A stretch of DNA of 64,000 nt from Fidelibacterota bacterium (GCA_046861395.1 JBHHUC010000002.1:28677-92676); one strand, 5' to 3'. Numbered from the stretch's first letter, positions 8,140 to 16,833 are shown. The notes: generated by a model from the letters alone, not told the origin. Numbers and translations are program-made.

Positions 8140-8751
8140 CTAAAGGTCGATTCCCGAAAATGCCATGAATGACATGGATAGAAGTCCGGTGACCAGCATG
8201 GTAATTCCCAGACCGCGTAATCCCACCGGTACATTGGAATACCGCATCTTCTGCCGGATCGTCGCCATGGTAATGATCGCCAGAAACCAGCCGAACCCCG
8301 AACTGAAACCATACACGGTGGATTCCATCAGGTTATAATTCCGTTCAATCAGCAGCAGCGATACACCCAGGATGGCACAATTGACGGCGATCAGGGGGAG
8401 AAAAATTCCCAGAGCGGAATGAAGGGCCGGACTGAAACGATCCAGCACCATTTCCAGTAATTGGACGGTGGCGGCAATGACGGCAATGAACACAATGTAG
8501 GACAGATAGCTCAGATCGATATCCGGGAAGCCTAACCAGGCCATGGCCCCGTCATTCAGAAAATAATAGTTAATCGCCCAGTTCATCGGTGCGGTTATGG
8601 TCAGGACAAAGGTTACTGCCAGCCCCAATCCGATGGACGGTTCCACTTTCCGGGAAATGGCCAGAAAAGGACAAATCCCCAGATAAAAGGCCAGAATAAT
8701 GTTTTCGGTAAAAATGGAGCGCAGGGCAAGGCTGAGATAATGTTCCATCAT
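8140..8751 (-). CDS. nqrE: NqrE-like subunit (Na+-NQR subunit E / RnfA family), orphan
   Basis: 203 aa. MEHYLSLALRSIFTENIILAFYLGICPFLAIS...LGIFLPLIAVNCAILG...YGFSSGFGWFLAI...MRYSNVPVGLRGLGITMLVTGLLSMSFMAFSGI is collinear with my recalled Vibrio NqrE. Both cluster-ligating Cys are present (C27, C125). Confidence 0.85.
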   Translation of the reverse strand: MMEHYLSLALRSIFTENIILAFYLGICPFLAISRKVEPSIGLGLAVTFVLTITAPMNWAINYYFLNDGAMAWLGFPDIDLSYLSYIVFIAVIAATVQLLEMVLDRFSPALHSALGIFLPLIAVNCAILGVSLLLIERNYNLMESTVYGFSSGFGWFLAIITMATIRQKMRYSNVPVGLRGLGITMLVTGLLSMSFMAFSGIDL

Positions 8752-9401
8752 GATCCGTGTCCTCCATGGCCCTCAGCCGGCAGATTCTTTTGTAAATCGG
8801 GTAAAAGGGCGTTCTGCAACCAAACCAATAATCCCAGAATGATGAATGCTCCCGGAGCCAGAATCATCAACAGAGTATTCTGATAGCCGGCGGCATAAAA
8901 GGATTCGGGAATGATGGTCCATCCGAACAATGACCCGAAGCCAAGCAATTCCCGGAAAAAGGCCACGGAAACCAGTGCGATGCCATATCCTACCGCATTC
9001 CCCAGACCATCCAGAAAGGCTTTCCCGGGAGAATTATGTATGCTGAATCCTTCGGTTCGTCCCAGGACAATGCAATTGGTAATGATCAGGGCCACAAAGA
9101 CCGACAACTGTTTGCTGATGGAATACAGGTAGGCTTTTAACACCTGATCGGTAATAATCACCAGTGAAGCAATGATCACCAGTTGAACGATGATTCTGAC
9201 GCGGGATGGAATCAGGTGGCGCAGCAGTGAAACAAAGGTACTGGATAAGGATAATACGAAGATCACGGCTGCCGTCATTACAATGGCTGTTTCCAGCTTT
9301 ACGGTCACCGCCAACGCCGAACAAAATCCCAGCACCAGATAGGTGATCGGATTTCGTTCAATCAATGGATCGGTAAAGATTTTCATGGTTTTGGATGCCA
9401 C
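8748..9401 (-). CDS. nqrD: NqrD-like subunit (Na+-NQR subunit D / RnfE family), orphan
   Basis: 217 aa with a GTG start at 9401 and GGAGG 8 nt upstream. ...LGFCSALAVTVKLETA...SRVRIIVQLVIIASLVIITDQVLKAYLYSISKQLSVFVALIITNCIVLGRTEGF... closely tracks my recalled Vibrio NqrD. Cys C27 and C110 are conserved. There is a 4-nt ATGA overlap with nqrE and a His/Gly tail (EGHGGHGS). Confidence 0.85.
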   Translation of the reverse strand: MASKTMKIFTDPLIERNPITYLVLGFCSALAVTVKLETAIVMTAAVIFVLSLSSTFVSLLRHLIPSRVRIIVQLVIIASLVIITDQVLKAYLYSISKQLSVFVALIITNCIVLGRTEGFSIHNSPGKAFLDGLGNAVGYGIALVSVAFFRELLGFGSLFGWTIIPESFYAAGYQNTLLMILAPGAFIILGLLVWLQNALLPDLQKNLPAEGHGGHGS

Positions 9402-9458
9402 GGTATTACCTCCGATTAGGGATTGGTTTGCAATGATTGTGGCATGGCAGAAGGCATA

Positions 9459-10037
9459 TCAACGGTCCTTGATTTGATCCAGGCTGATCCGTTGATCTTT
9501 TTTCAACGATTTAAAGTGACGGGGCGTTAACCCCGTCACTTTCTTGAACTGGCTTGATAAATACTGTACCGAACTGTAACCAAGGAGGTCGGCTATTTCC
9601 GTTAATGTTAATTCATCATACACCAGTAGTTCTTTGGCTTTTTCAACTTTCTGCAGGATGTAGTATTTTTCGATTGTCATACTTTCCACCGCTGAAAAGA
9701 GCTGAGTCAGATAATGGTAATCCTGACCCATCTTTTCGGCGATATAATCAGAAACATTGATATTGAGCCGGGCCACCTCACCGCTTTGAATCAAATCGAT
9801 GATGATGGTTTTAATATTTTCAATCAATTGCGCCCGCGTATCGATCAGCAATTCAAATCCGTTGTTTTCCAGGACCTTTTCCAGGTCGGAAACGTCGGTA
9901 ATGATTTCTGCATTGGACACAATGACCCGACCCAACCGGATATCCAGGATATGCAATCCCAGTTTTTCCAGTTCTTCCTTTACGACTTTGATACACCGGT
10001 CGCAGACCATGTTTTTGATATAGATCGTATTTCGCAT
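9459..10037 (-). CDS. AraC-family transcriptional regulator with an N-terminal HMA-like (M-x-C-x-x-C) domain
   Basis: The C-terminal AraC HTH reads LTEIADLLGYSSVQYLSSQFKKVTGLTPRHF. The N-terminus IYIKNMVCDRCIKVVKEELEKLGL... has the beta-alpha-beta-beta-alpha-beta pattern and CxxC of heavy-metal-associated domains. The start was set at the ATG at 10037 (GGAG 8 nt upstream); the track ORF start at 10097 would overlap the PII gene. Confidence 0.8.
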   Translation of the reverse strand: MRNTIYIKNMVCDRCIKVVKEELEKLGLHILDIRLGRVIVSNAEIITDVSDLEKVLENNGFELLIDTRAQLIENIKTIIIDLIQSGEVARLNINVSDYIAEKMGQDYHYLTQLFSAVESMTIEKYYILQKVEKAKELLVYDELTLTEIADLLGYSSVQYLSSQFKKVTGLTPRHFKSLKKDQRISLDQIKDR

Positions 10038-10050
10038 GATGATCTCCGGT

Positions 10051-10395
10051 TCAGGCCAGAGCTTCGGCCCCGGTTTTTCCCGATCGGATTTTGACAACCT
10101 GTTCCACAGGAGAGGCCAGAATCAATCCGTCCCCGGATTCCCCGGAATAGGCCGCTTTTCGGATGATGGCAATAATCTGACCGGCGTCCTCATCACTGCT
10201 GATGATTTCCAGTTTGGCAATGGTGGAATAACGTTCGATGCATTCAATGGAATACTTGTAATGATGTTTATCCACCATTCCGCGGCCCAGTGCCATCACA
10301 TCGATAACCGTCATGTTATGGAACCCTTTATCCTTCAATGCCAGGATCACTTCATCCACTTTGGTACAACGGACATAGGCTTTTATTTCTTTCAT
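10051..10395 (-). CDS. PII (GlnB)-superfamily protein coupled to cusA
   Basis: 114 aa. MKEIKAYVRCTKVDEVILALKDKGFHNMTVIDVMALGRG...GDGLILASPVEQVVKIRSGKTGAEAL follows the PII fold pattern but has an atypical T-loop (MVDKHHYKYSIECIERY). There is an ATGA overlap with the cusA stop. Confidence 0.75.
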   Translation of the reverse strand: MKEIKAYVRCTKVDEVILALKDKGFHNMTVIDVMALGRGMVDKHHYKYSIECIERYSTIAKLEIISSDEDAGQIIAIIRKAAYSGESGDGLILASPVEQVVKIRSGKTGAEALA

Positions 10396-13300
10396 GAAAC
10401 GTCAACTCCTTTCTCATGATGTTTCATTTCCCAGGCACGCCAGATGTAGTACACGGTGGGAATAACCACCAGGGTCAGTATGGTTGAAGTAATCATTCCG
10501 CCCACCATGGGTGCCGCAATGCGTTTCATGACCTGGGAACCGGTTCCAGCTCCCCACAGGATGGGGATTAAACCGGCCATGATGGCTGTTACCGTCATCA
10601 TCTTGGGCCGTACCCGTTCCACAGCCCCTTCCATGACGGCATCGTATAAATCTGACAGTGATTTCATTTTCCCATTGTCCTTCCGATAGAAATAGGAATG
10701 ATCTAGGTAGATTAGCATAATGACACCGGTTTCGGCAGCAACACCTGCCAGGGCGATAAATCCGACACCCACGGCAACACTCATGTTATATCCCAGAATG
10801 TACATGAACCAGATTCCTCCCACCAATGCGAACGGCAGGGACAGCATGACAATGATACTTTCCGTAATATTCTTGAAATTGAAATACAGCAGAAGGAAAA
10901 TAATGACCAGGGTAATGGGTATGACCAGTTTCAGTCGTTTATTGGCCCGTTCCATGTATTCGTACTGACCGCTCCAGACAATGGAATATCCGGCGGGAAT
11001 CTGTACTTCTTCTTCCAGGACCTGTTTGGCACGCTTGACATAGGTTCCTACATCGATGCCTGCCAAATCCACGTAAATCCAACCGGTCATACGGGCGTTT
11101 TCGCTCTTGATCACCGGCGCACCCTTTTTGATGCGAATATCGGCGACCTGGGAAATGGGAATCTGGGCGCCCGTGGGTGTGGGGATAATGACGCGTTTCA
11201 GCTTTTCAATATTATCCCGCAGTTCCCGACTGTAACGAACATTGACCGGATACCGTTCCAGACCTTCCACCGTATAGGTCACATTCATGCCACCTACTGC
11301 GGATTGAATGATATCTTGAATGTCACCGACCGTCAAACCGTAGCGTCCCGCTTCTTCCCGGTTAATTTCGAAATCCAGGAAATTTCCGCCGGTTACCTTA
11401 TCGGCATAGGCACTCAGGGTGCCGGGGATCTTCTGTACCACAGCCTGAATTTGTCCGCCCAGAGCGTTCAGCGAATCCAGGTTGGAACCCATCACTTTAA
11501 TCCCTACCGGTGTTTTGATCCCAGTACTAAGCATATCAATCCGGGTCTTGATGGGCATGGTCCAGGCATTGGTCAGGCCGGGAAACTGAATGGCGTTATT
11601 CAGTTCGGTGGTTAATTCCTCAATGGTTACCACACGGTTTTCCGGCCAGAAATATTCCAGCGGAGTGCTCAGGAAATCGGGGAGTGACCAGTCAGAATAG
11701 AATCGATCGACACGTTTTCTTTTGGGCCACATTTCGATGGGTTTGAGGGTGATGGTTGTTTCAATCATGCTCAACGGTGCCGGATCGGTGGCCGATTCGG
11801 CCCGGCCGATTTTTCCGAATACACGTTCCACCTCCGGGAATGTCTTAATGATCCGGTCTGTTTGTTGCAGAATTTCTCGAGCCTTGGTAATGGAAATACC
11901 AGGGTCCGTGGTAGGCATATAGAGCAGATCACCTTCATTCAGGGGCGGCATGAATTCCGATCCGATATGTTCCAGCGGATAGACTGAAATGGCAATGGCT
12001 GCCAGACCGGCAATCAGGGTTGTCTTGCGGAAATGCAGGACAAAACGAATGACAGGTCGGTATATTCTGATGAGAAATCGGTTGATAGGATTTTTTTCTT
12101 CGGGCATGATTTTTCCGCGCACGAAGTACCCCATCAGGACCGGCACAATGGTAATGGCCAGTATTGCCGAGGCTGCCATGGAATACGTCTTGGTAAATGC
12201 CAGGGGCCGGAATAAGCGACCTTCCTGAGCCTGGAGCGTAAACACCGGCATGAATGAAACCGTGATGATGAGCAGGGAATAGAACAGGGCCGGACCCACT
12301 TCCTTGGAGGCATCCAGAATGACTTTCCAGTGATCCACCTTCCCCTTGTTGCGCTCAATATGTTTATGTGCATTCTCAATCATGACAATGGCCGCGTCCA
12401 CCATCGCCCCGATGGCAATGGCAATACCTCCCAGCGACATGATATTGGCATTGATTCCCTGATAGCGCATGACCAGAAATGCCATGAGGATACCCACCGG
12501 AAGGGTGAATATGGCCACAAAGGCACTGCGGAAATGAAGCAGGAAGAGAATACAGACCAGAGATACGACAATACTTTCTTCCAACAGTTTGTCTTTCAGA
12601 TTATCAATGGCGCGCTCAATCAGGAGGGAGCGGTCATAGGCCGGTTTAATCGTCACCCCTTCCGGTAAACCTATTTTCAGATCTTCAATTTTTTCCCGGA
12701 CTTTATGGATGACTTTCAGGGCATTTTCACCGTAACGCATCACAATAATGCCACCCACCGTTTCACCGATACCGTCCCGCTCGGCTAGTCCCCGGCGCAG
12801 TTCAGGTCCCAGATGAATATTAGCGACATTCTTCAATAAGATCGGTGTGCCGTTGTCATCTACTTTGAGGGGAATATTTTCCAGGTCCGTCAGGGATTTG
12901 ATGTATCCCAGACCGCGGACCATGTATTCCGTTTCCGACATTTCTACCAGACGGCCACCCACATCATTATTGCTGCGTTTGATGGCCATTTTCACATGAT
13001 TCAGGGGAATGTTGTAGGCCAGCAGCTTATTGGGATCCACTTCCACCTGATACTGTTTCACGAAACCGCCGATGCTGGCGACTTCCGAAACACCGGGCAC
13101 CGACATGAGTTCGTAGCGCAGATAGAAGTCCTGAATGGAACGCAATTCCTGGAGATCGTGGTTATCCGATTCCACCGTGTATTCATAGACCCAACCCACG
13201 CCGGTGGCATCGGGGCCTAATTGCGGTGTCACACCTTGGGGCAGTCGCCCGGATACGAAATTCAGATATTCCAGCACCCGGCTTCGAGCCCAATATATAT

Positions 13301-13604
13301 CCGTCCCGTCTTCAAAGATGATGTATACAAAGGATATCCCGAAGAAGGAATACCCCCGCACCACTTTGGCGTATGGGACGGAAAGCATGGCGGTGGTCAG
13401 AGGATAGGTAATCTGATCCTCCACCACCTGCGGGGCCTGCCCCGGATAATTGGTCTGAATAATGACCTGAACATCGCTCAGGTCGGGAATGGCGTCCAGC
13501 GATGTGGTGGACATGGCCAGAAACCCTCCCAGGATGATGAAGACCATGGCCAGGATCACGAGGAAGCGATTGTTTATGGACCATTCTATAATTTTTTCAA
13601 TCAT
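10392..13604 (-). CDS. cusA: Heavy-metal efflux RND pump, CusA type (Cu(I)/Ag(I))
   Basis: 1070 aa, collinear with recalled E. coli CusA (GGIAIAIGAMVDAAIVMIENAHK, FTLQAQEGRLFRPLAFTKTY). All three methionines of the CusA metal-binding triad are in conserved context: DLLYMPTT, APLSMIETT, RIDMLSTGIK. Confidence 0.95.
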   Translation of the reverse strand: MIEKIIEWSINNRFLVILAMVFIILGGFLAMSTTSLDAIPDLSDVQVIIQTNYPGQAPQVVEDQITYPLTTAMLSVPYAKVVRGYSFFGISFVYIIFEDGTDIYWARSRVLEYLNFVSGRLPQGVTPQLGPDATGVGWVYEYTVESDNHDLQELRSIQDFYLRYELMSVPGVSEVASIGGFVKQYQVEVDPNKLLAYNIPLNHVKMAIKRSNNDVGGRLVEMSETEYMVRGLGYIKSLTDLENIPLKVDDNGTPILLKNVANIHLGPELRRGLAERDGIGETVGGIIVMRYGENALKVIHKVREKIEDLKIGLPEGVTIKPAYDRSLLIERAIDNLKDKLLEESIVVSLVCILFLLHFRSAFVAIFTLPVGILMAFLVMRYQGINANIMSLGGIAIAIGAMVDAAIVMIENAHKHIERNKGKVDHWKVILDASKEVGPALFYSLLIITVSFMPVFTLQAQEGRLFRPLAFTKTYSMAASAILAITIVPVLMGYFVRGKIMPEEKNPINRFLIRIYRPVIRFVLHFRKTTLIAGLAAIAISVYPLEHIGSEFMPPLNEGDLLYMPTTDPGISITKAREILQQTDRIIKTFPEVERVFGKIGRAESATDPAPLSMIETTITLKPIEMWPKRKRVDRFYSDWSLPDFLSTPLEYFWPENRVVTIEELTTELNNAIQFPGLTNAWTMPIKTRIDMLSTGIKTPVGIKVMGSNLDSLNALGGQIQAVVQKIPGTLSAYADKVTGGNFLDFEINREEAGRYGLTVGDIQDIIQSAVGGMNVTYTVEGLERYPVNVRYSRELRDNIEKLKRVIIPTPTGAQIPISQVADIRIKKGAPVIKSENARMTGWIYVDLAGIDVGTYVKRAKQVLEEEVQIPAGYSIVWSGQYEYMERANKRLKLVIPITLVIIFLLLYFNFKNITESIIVMLSLPFALVGGIWFMYILGYNMSVAVGVGFIALAGVAAETGVIMLIYLDHSYFYRKDNGKMKSLSDLYDAVMEGAVERVRPKMMTVTAIMAGLIPILWGAGTGSQVMKRIAAPMVGGMITSTILTLVVIPTVYYIWRAWEMKHHEKGVDVS

Positions 13605-13617
13605 GATATCCCCCGCC

Positions 13618-15480
13618 TTAATCTGTTACGGATGTTGTGGACATGGCCTTCAGGTTCATCCCGCATTCGGGGCATTTACCCGGTTCGTCCATCACAACAT
13701 AGGTGTGTTCCGGCATGGGACAAGTGTACCAGGTGGTATTCTCATCCACCGGAACCGTCTTTTTCACCAAGGCCATGCCGCATTGGGGACAATCACCGGC
13801 TTCAGCCATTTTAACAAAGGAATGGGCTTCCATGGGACAGGTGTAATATGTCAATTCATCACCCATCACCGTTCCGAAGGGGACGGCGGGCATGTCATGA
13901 TTATGATTATTATCGTGCGTTTTTTCCACGTCCATCTGCATCGGCTGATCCATGTTCATGTCCATCTGCATTGACTTGTCCATGTTCATCTTCATGGGTT
14001 TATCCATGTCCATTTCAGATTCCGATGCGCTGGGCTCCGGTTCTTCCTGGGACTGGCCCGCCTTGCGGTTGGCCAGCATCTTGGCGATGCCTTCCTGGAG
14101 GCGGCTTTCTGAATCCAGCAGGAACTGTCCGGACAGAACAATGGTTTCGCCCGGCTTCAGGCCGTCTCTGATTTCATAATAATGGTCACCGGACTGGATG
14201 CCCACCGTTATATCACGAGGTGCAAATCGTCCGCCACCCAGGGCCACAAACAGCAGGGTTCTTTCGCCGGAGAACAGGACGGCTTCCTGCGGTACGGCCA
14301 CGACATTTTTCACCGGCTCGGCTTGGATCGTTACATTGGCGTACATCCCCGGCTTCAGACGAAGATCCTCATTATCCACCACCAGCCGGACCTTGATGGT
14401 GCGGCTTTTGGTTTCAAGGATGGGATAGATATAATCCACGATACCTTCAAAGGATTCACCCGGAAAGTAGGGTAACGTCACCGTGGCCCGCTGTCCCTGG
14501 GCAATCCAGGGAAGTTCCGATTCATAGATTCTGGCCTGAATCCAAACCTGAGACAGGTCGGCCAGGGTATAGAGCGTCATGCCCGGTTTGACTTCCATGC
14601 CGTCAAGAACGTGTTTCGTAATGACAAAACCGTCATAGGGCGACTGGATAACCAGGGTTTTACTGATTTTACCCGTTTCTTCCAATACTTTGATTTGTTC
14701 ACTGGAAATATCATAGTATTCCAGTCGGGTCCGGGCCGAATTGAGAATATTTTCCATATTGCGCCGCAGGACAGAATCACTGGAAGCCGGCAATATCTGG
14801 AGATTATGGTAAGCATCCAGGTACTCATCCTGAGCCGTCACCAGCTGGGGACTGTAAATTTCCAGCAATTGCTGTCCCCGAACGACTTTCTCACCGGTGG
14901 TGGCAACAAATGTTCTTTCCACCCAGCCAGATATCTTGGTATGAATATGGGAAACGCGTTTTTCATCCGTTTCTACCTCGGCAAAGGTACGAATCGCAAG
15001 CGATAGATCACGCCGTTCCACCTTGGCTGTACGGACGCCCATATTCTGTTCCGTAACGGGATTGATTTTTACCGTACTGCCGAATGCCTCTTCACCTTCA
15101 TAGACGGGAATCAAATCCATACCCATGGGGGATTTCCCCGGTTTGGGACTGATGTAGGACGGATCCATGGGCGCCTGCCAATAGAGAATTTTCTTTTCCC
15201 CGGAAGAAGAGGACGCTGACGAACCGCCGGTAGCAGCAGCTGTTTCGCCGGGACCGTTCAGCGGATTGAGGCGCATGCCGCAAATGGGACAGTCACCGGG
15301 ACCCTCCTGGATGACATTGGGGTGCATTCCGCAGGTGTAGAGTTCCTTGCTGGCCGCATCCGCCTGAGCGGTGGCCTGATCTTCCGATGATCCACACCCC
15401 GCAACCCCCAGAGCGAAGATAATAATTATACCGATCACTAGATTTTTCGTTATGATTAATTTTTTCATGTTATCCCTCAA
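13618..15480 (-). CDS. cusB: RND periplasmic adaptor (CusB-like) with one N-terminal and two C-terminal HMBDs
   Basis: 620 aa with lipobox VAGC. The N-terminal HMBD is YTCGMHPNVIQEGPGDCPICGMRL (15268-15339). An MFP core follows. The C-terminal extension has a Met/Asp repeat and the HMBDs YYTCPMEAHSFVKMAEAGDCPQCGMAL (13768-13848) and WYTCPMPEHTYVVMDEPGKCPECGMNL (13651-13728). Confidence 0.9.
   Translation of the reverse strand: MRDNMKKLIITKNLVIGIIIIFALGVAGCGSSEDQATAQADAASKELYTCGMHPNVIQEGPGDCPICGMRLNPLNGPGETAAATGGSSASSSSGEKKILYWQAPMDPSYISPKPGKSPMGMDLIPVYEGEEAFGSTVKINPVTEQNMGVRTAKVERRDLSLAIRTFAEVETDEKRVSHIHTKISGWVERTFVATTGEKVVRGQQLLEIYSPQLVTAQDEYLDAYHNLQILPASSDSVLRRNMENILNSARTRLEYYDISSEQIKVLEETGKISKTLVIQSPYDGFVITKHVLDGMEVKPGMTLYTLADLSQVWIQARIYESELPWIAQGQRATVTLPYFPGESFEGIVDYIYPILETKSRTIKVRLVVDNEDLRLKPGMYANVTIQAEPVKNVVAVPQEAVLFSGERTLLFVALGGGRFAPRDITVGIQSGDHYYEIRDGLKPGETIVLSGQFLLDSESRLQEGIAKMLANRKAGQSQEEPEPSASESEMDMDKPMKMNMDKSMQMDMNMDQPMQMDVEKTHDNNHNHDMPAVPFGTVMGDELTYYTCPMEAHSFVKMAEAGDCPQCGMALVKKTVPVDENTTWYTCPMPEHTYVVMDEPGKCPECGMNLKAMSTTSVTD
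13921..14013 (-). repeat. In-frame tandem Met/Asp repeat inside cusB (MDMDKPMKMNMDKSMQMDMNMDQPMQMDVEK)
   Basis: The DNA shows reiterated catgtccat / catgttcat / catctgcat units. The protein shows an M-[DN]-M-D-[KQ]-x-M-[KQ] periodicity. Confidence 0.8.
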
Positions 15481-16732
15481 TGTTTAACAGTCCGACAACT
15501 TTTCGCAGATTTGCTTCTCCGATACGCTGTTCCATAAGAACCCGCTCATATTCCAGTTTCAGTGTGACGGTCATCCGTTCACTGTCCAATAAATCAAGAA
15601 AACTGATTTTACCCGTTTTATAGGCGGCATAGGCTGAAGACAGCATCTGTTCCGCTTCCGGTAACAACCGGTTTTCATACAGGGCCACCGTTTCATCGGT
15701 CTGGGCCAGAGCGGCCAGAATGGTTTCAATCCGCTCCGTGACTTTATTGCCCACATCAACAGTCGTGATCTGACTGGCTTCTTCCGTCTGCCGGGCAGAT
15801 TCTACCCGTGCCTTATTGCGTCCCAGCCATAACGGCAGGTTGAGGCCGATCTTAACCCCCAGGGCATTTTTACCGGCGGCGACGGCACCGGGCAAATCGG
15901 TCGGTCCTACCACCGTATAGGTCACACCGGCCACCAGATCGGGAAGGTTTTGTTTTTCACTGAGTTCCCGGGTGACGGTGGCAATTTCCTTCTTGATCAG
16001 AGAGGATTGGAGCAGAGGATTGGAAGTCGTTGCGGCGGCAACCCAGCCGGCAAGAGGTTCTTCCTCCCGTGGCGGCCAGTTCAGCGATGCCAGACGGACC
16101 GTGTCCACCGGTTCATTAAAGAGACGTGTCAGGGATTCCAACACAGCGACCTTTTTTCCCATAAGATCATTGGTTTTGGCCTCCACCCGCGTCTGCTCAA
16201 TCTGCAATTTCAAAATGGGGTGCTGGGTCAATCCCTGCCCGGTGGAATACTGGGTCAGAGCCACATTGCGAAACGATTCCAGTTCGGCACGATAGCCGTT
16301 CAGAATATTCAGCGATCGGGTAATCTGAACGTATTGGGCAAATCGCGTTTCAAACTGGTTAATAATGGACAGCCGCACCTGTCTGGCATTTTGACGGGCC
16401 AGTTCACGATTCAGGACCGCGATTTTTTCCTGGCGACTGAGTTTCCCCCAGAGCGGAAATTTTTGTCCCAGCATAAGCTGGTTTTCGATGGGGCCATTCC
16501 GTGTTTCCACGGGGGCCAGGGCAGTAGAAAATTCGAATTTGGGATCCGGCAGTGTTCCGGCCACCTTGATGGCCGCTTCCCGGGCAGCAATCTGCCGATC
16601 GGCAATACGCACTTCCGGATTTGTTGTCAGCAGGGTGTTTAATTCCTGGTCCCAGTCTGAAATCTGCGCCCCGACGACCGAGATCAACAGACTGACCAAC
16701 ATTATATTTCTATTAAAATTGTAAGTAAACAA
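15470..16732 (-). CDS. cusC: TolC-family outer-membrane efflux protein (CusC-like)
   Basis: 420 aa with a signal peptide. Two-repeat TolC/OEP coiled-coil composition. Overlaps the cusB start by 11 nt. Confidence 0.8.
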   Translation of the reverse strand: MFTYNFNRNIMLVSLLISVVGAQISDWDQELNTLLTTNPEVRIADRQIAAREAAIKVAGTLPDPKFEFSTALAPVETRNGPIENQLMLGQKFPLWGKLSRQEKIAVLNRELARQNARQVRLSIINQFETRFAQYVQITRSLNILNGYRAELESFRNVALTQYSTGQGLTQHPILKLQIEQTRVEAKTNDLMGKKVAVLESLTRLFNEPVDTVRLASLNWPPREEEPLAGWVAAATTSNPLLQSSLIKKEIATVTRELSEKQNLPDLVAGVTYTVVGPTDLPGAVAAGKNALGVKIGLNLPLWLGRNKARVESARQTEEASQITTVDVGNKVTERIETILAALAQTDETVALYENRLLPEAEQMLSSAYAAYKTGKISFLDLLDSERMTVTLKLEYERVLMEQRIGEANLRKVVGLLNIEG

Positions 16733-16833
16733 ATTTATTCTCCAATTTGGTGAGTGAACTGAACAATTCCATTGAGGATTTATTCAATAAGGTACACCGG
16801 GTTAACGGCAGGTGCTAAGCCGGGAGAATAATG

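Noticed and set aside
8140-9401. Interpretation of the D/E pair as the remnant of a disrupted nqr operon, or as RnfE/RnfA
   Set aside because: Both ORFs are full length, intact and translationally coupled, and they have good start contexts. No pseudogenised nqrC or nqrF fragments are visible in the flanking spacers (57 nt and 120 nt). The sequences track Nqr D/E more closely than Rnf by recall. A split operon elsewhere in the genome cannot be excluded from this window.
15950-16642. 230-aa plus-strand ORF inside cusC
   Set aside because: It is antisense to the TolC-family gene. Its product is low complexity and Gly/Arg/Gln-rich.
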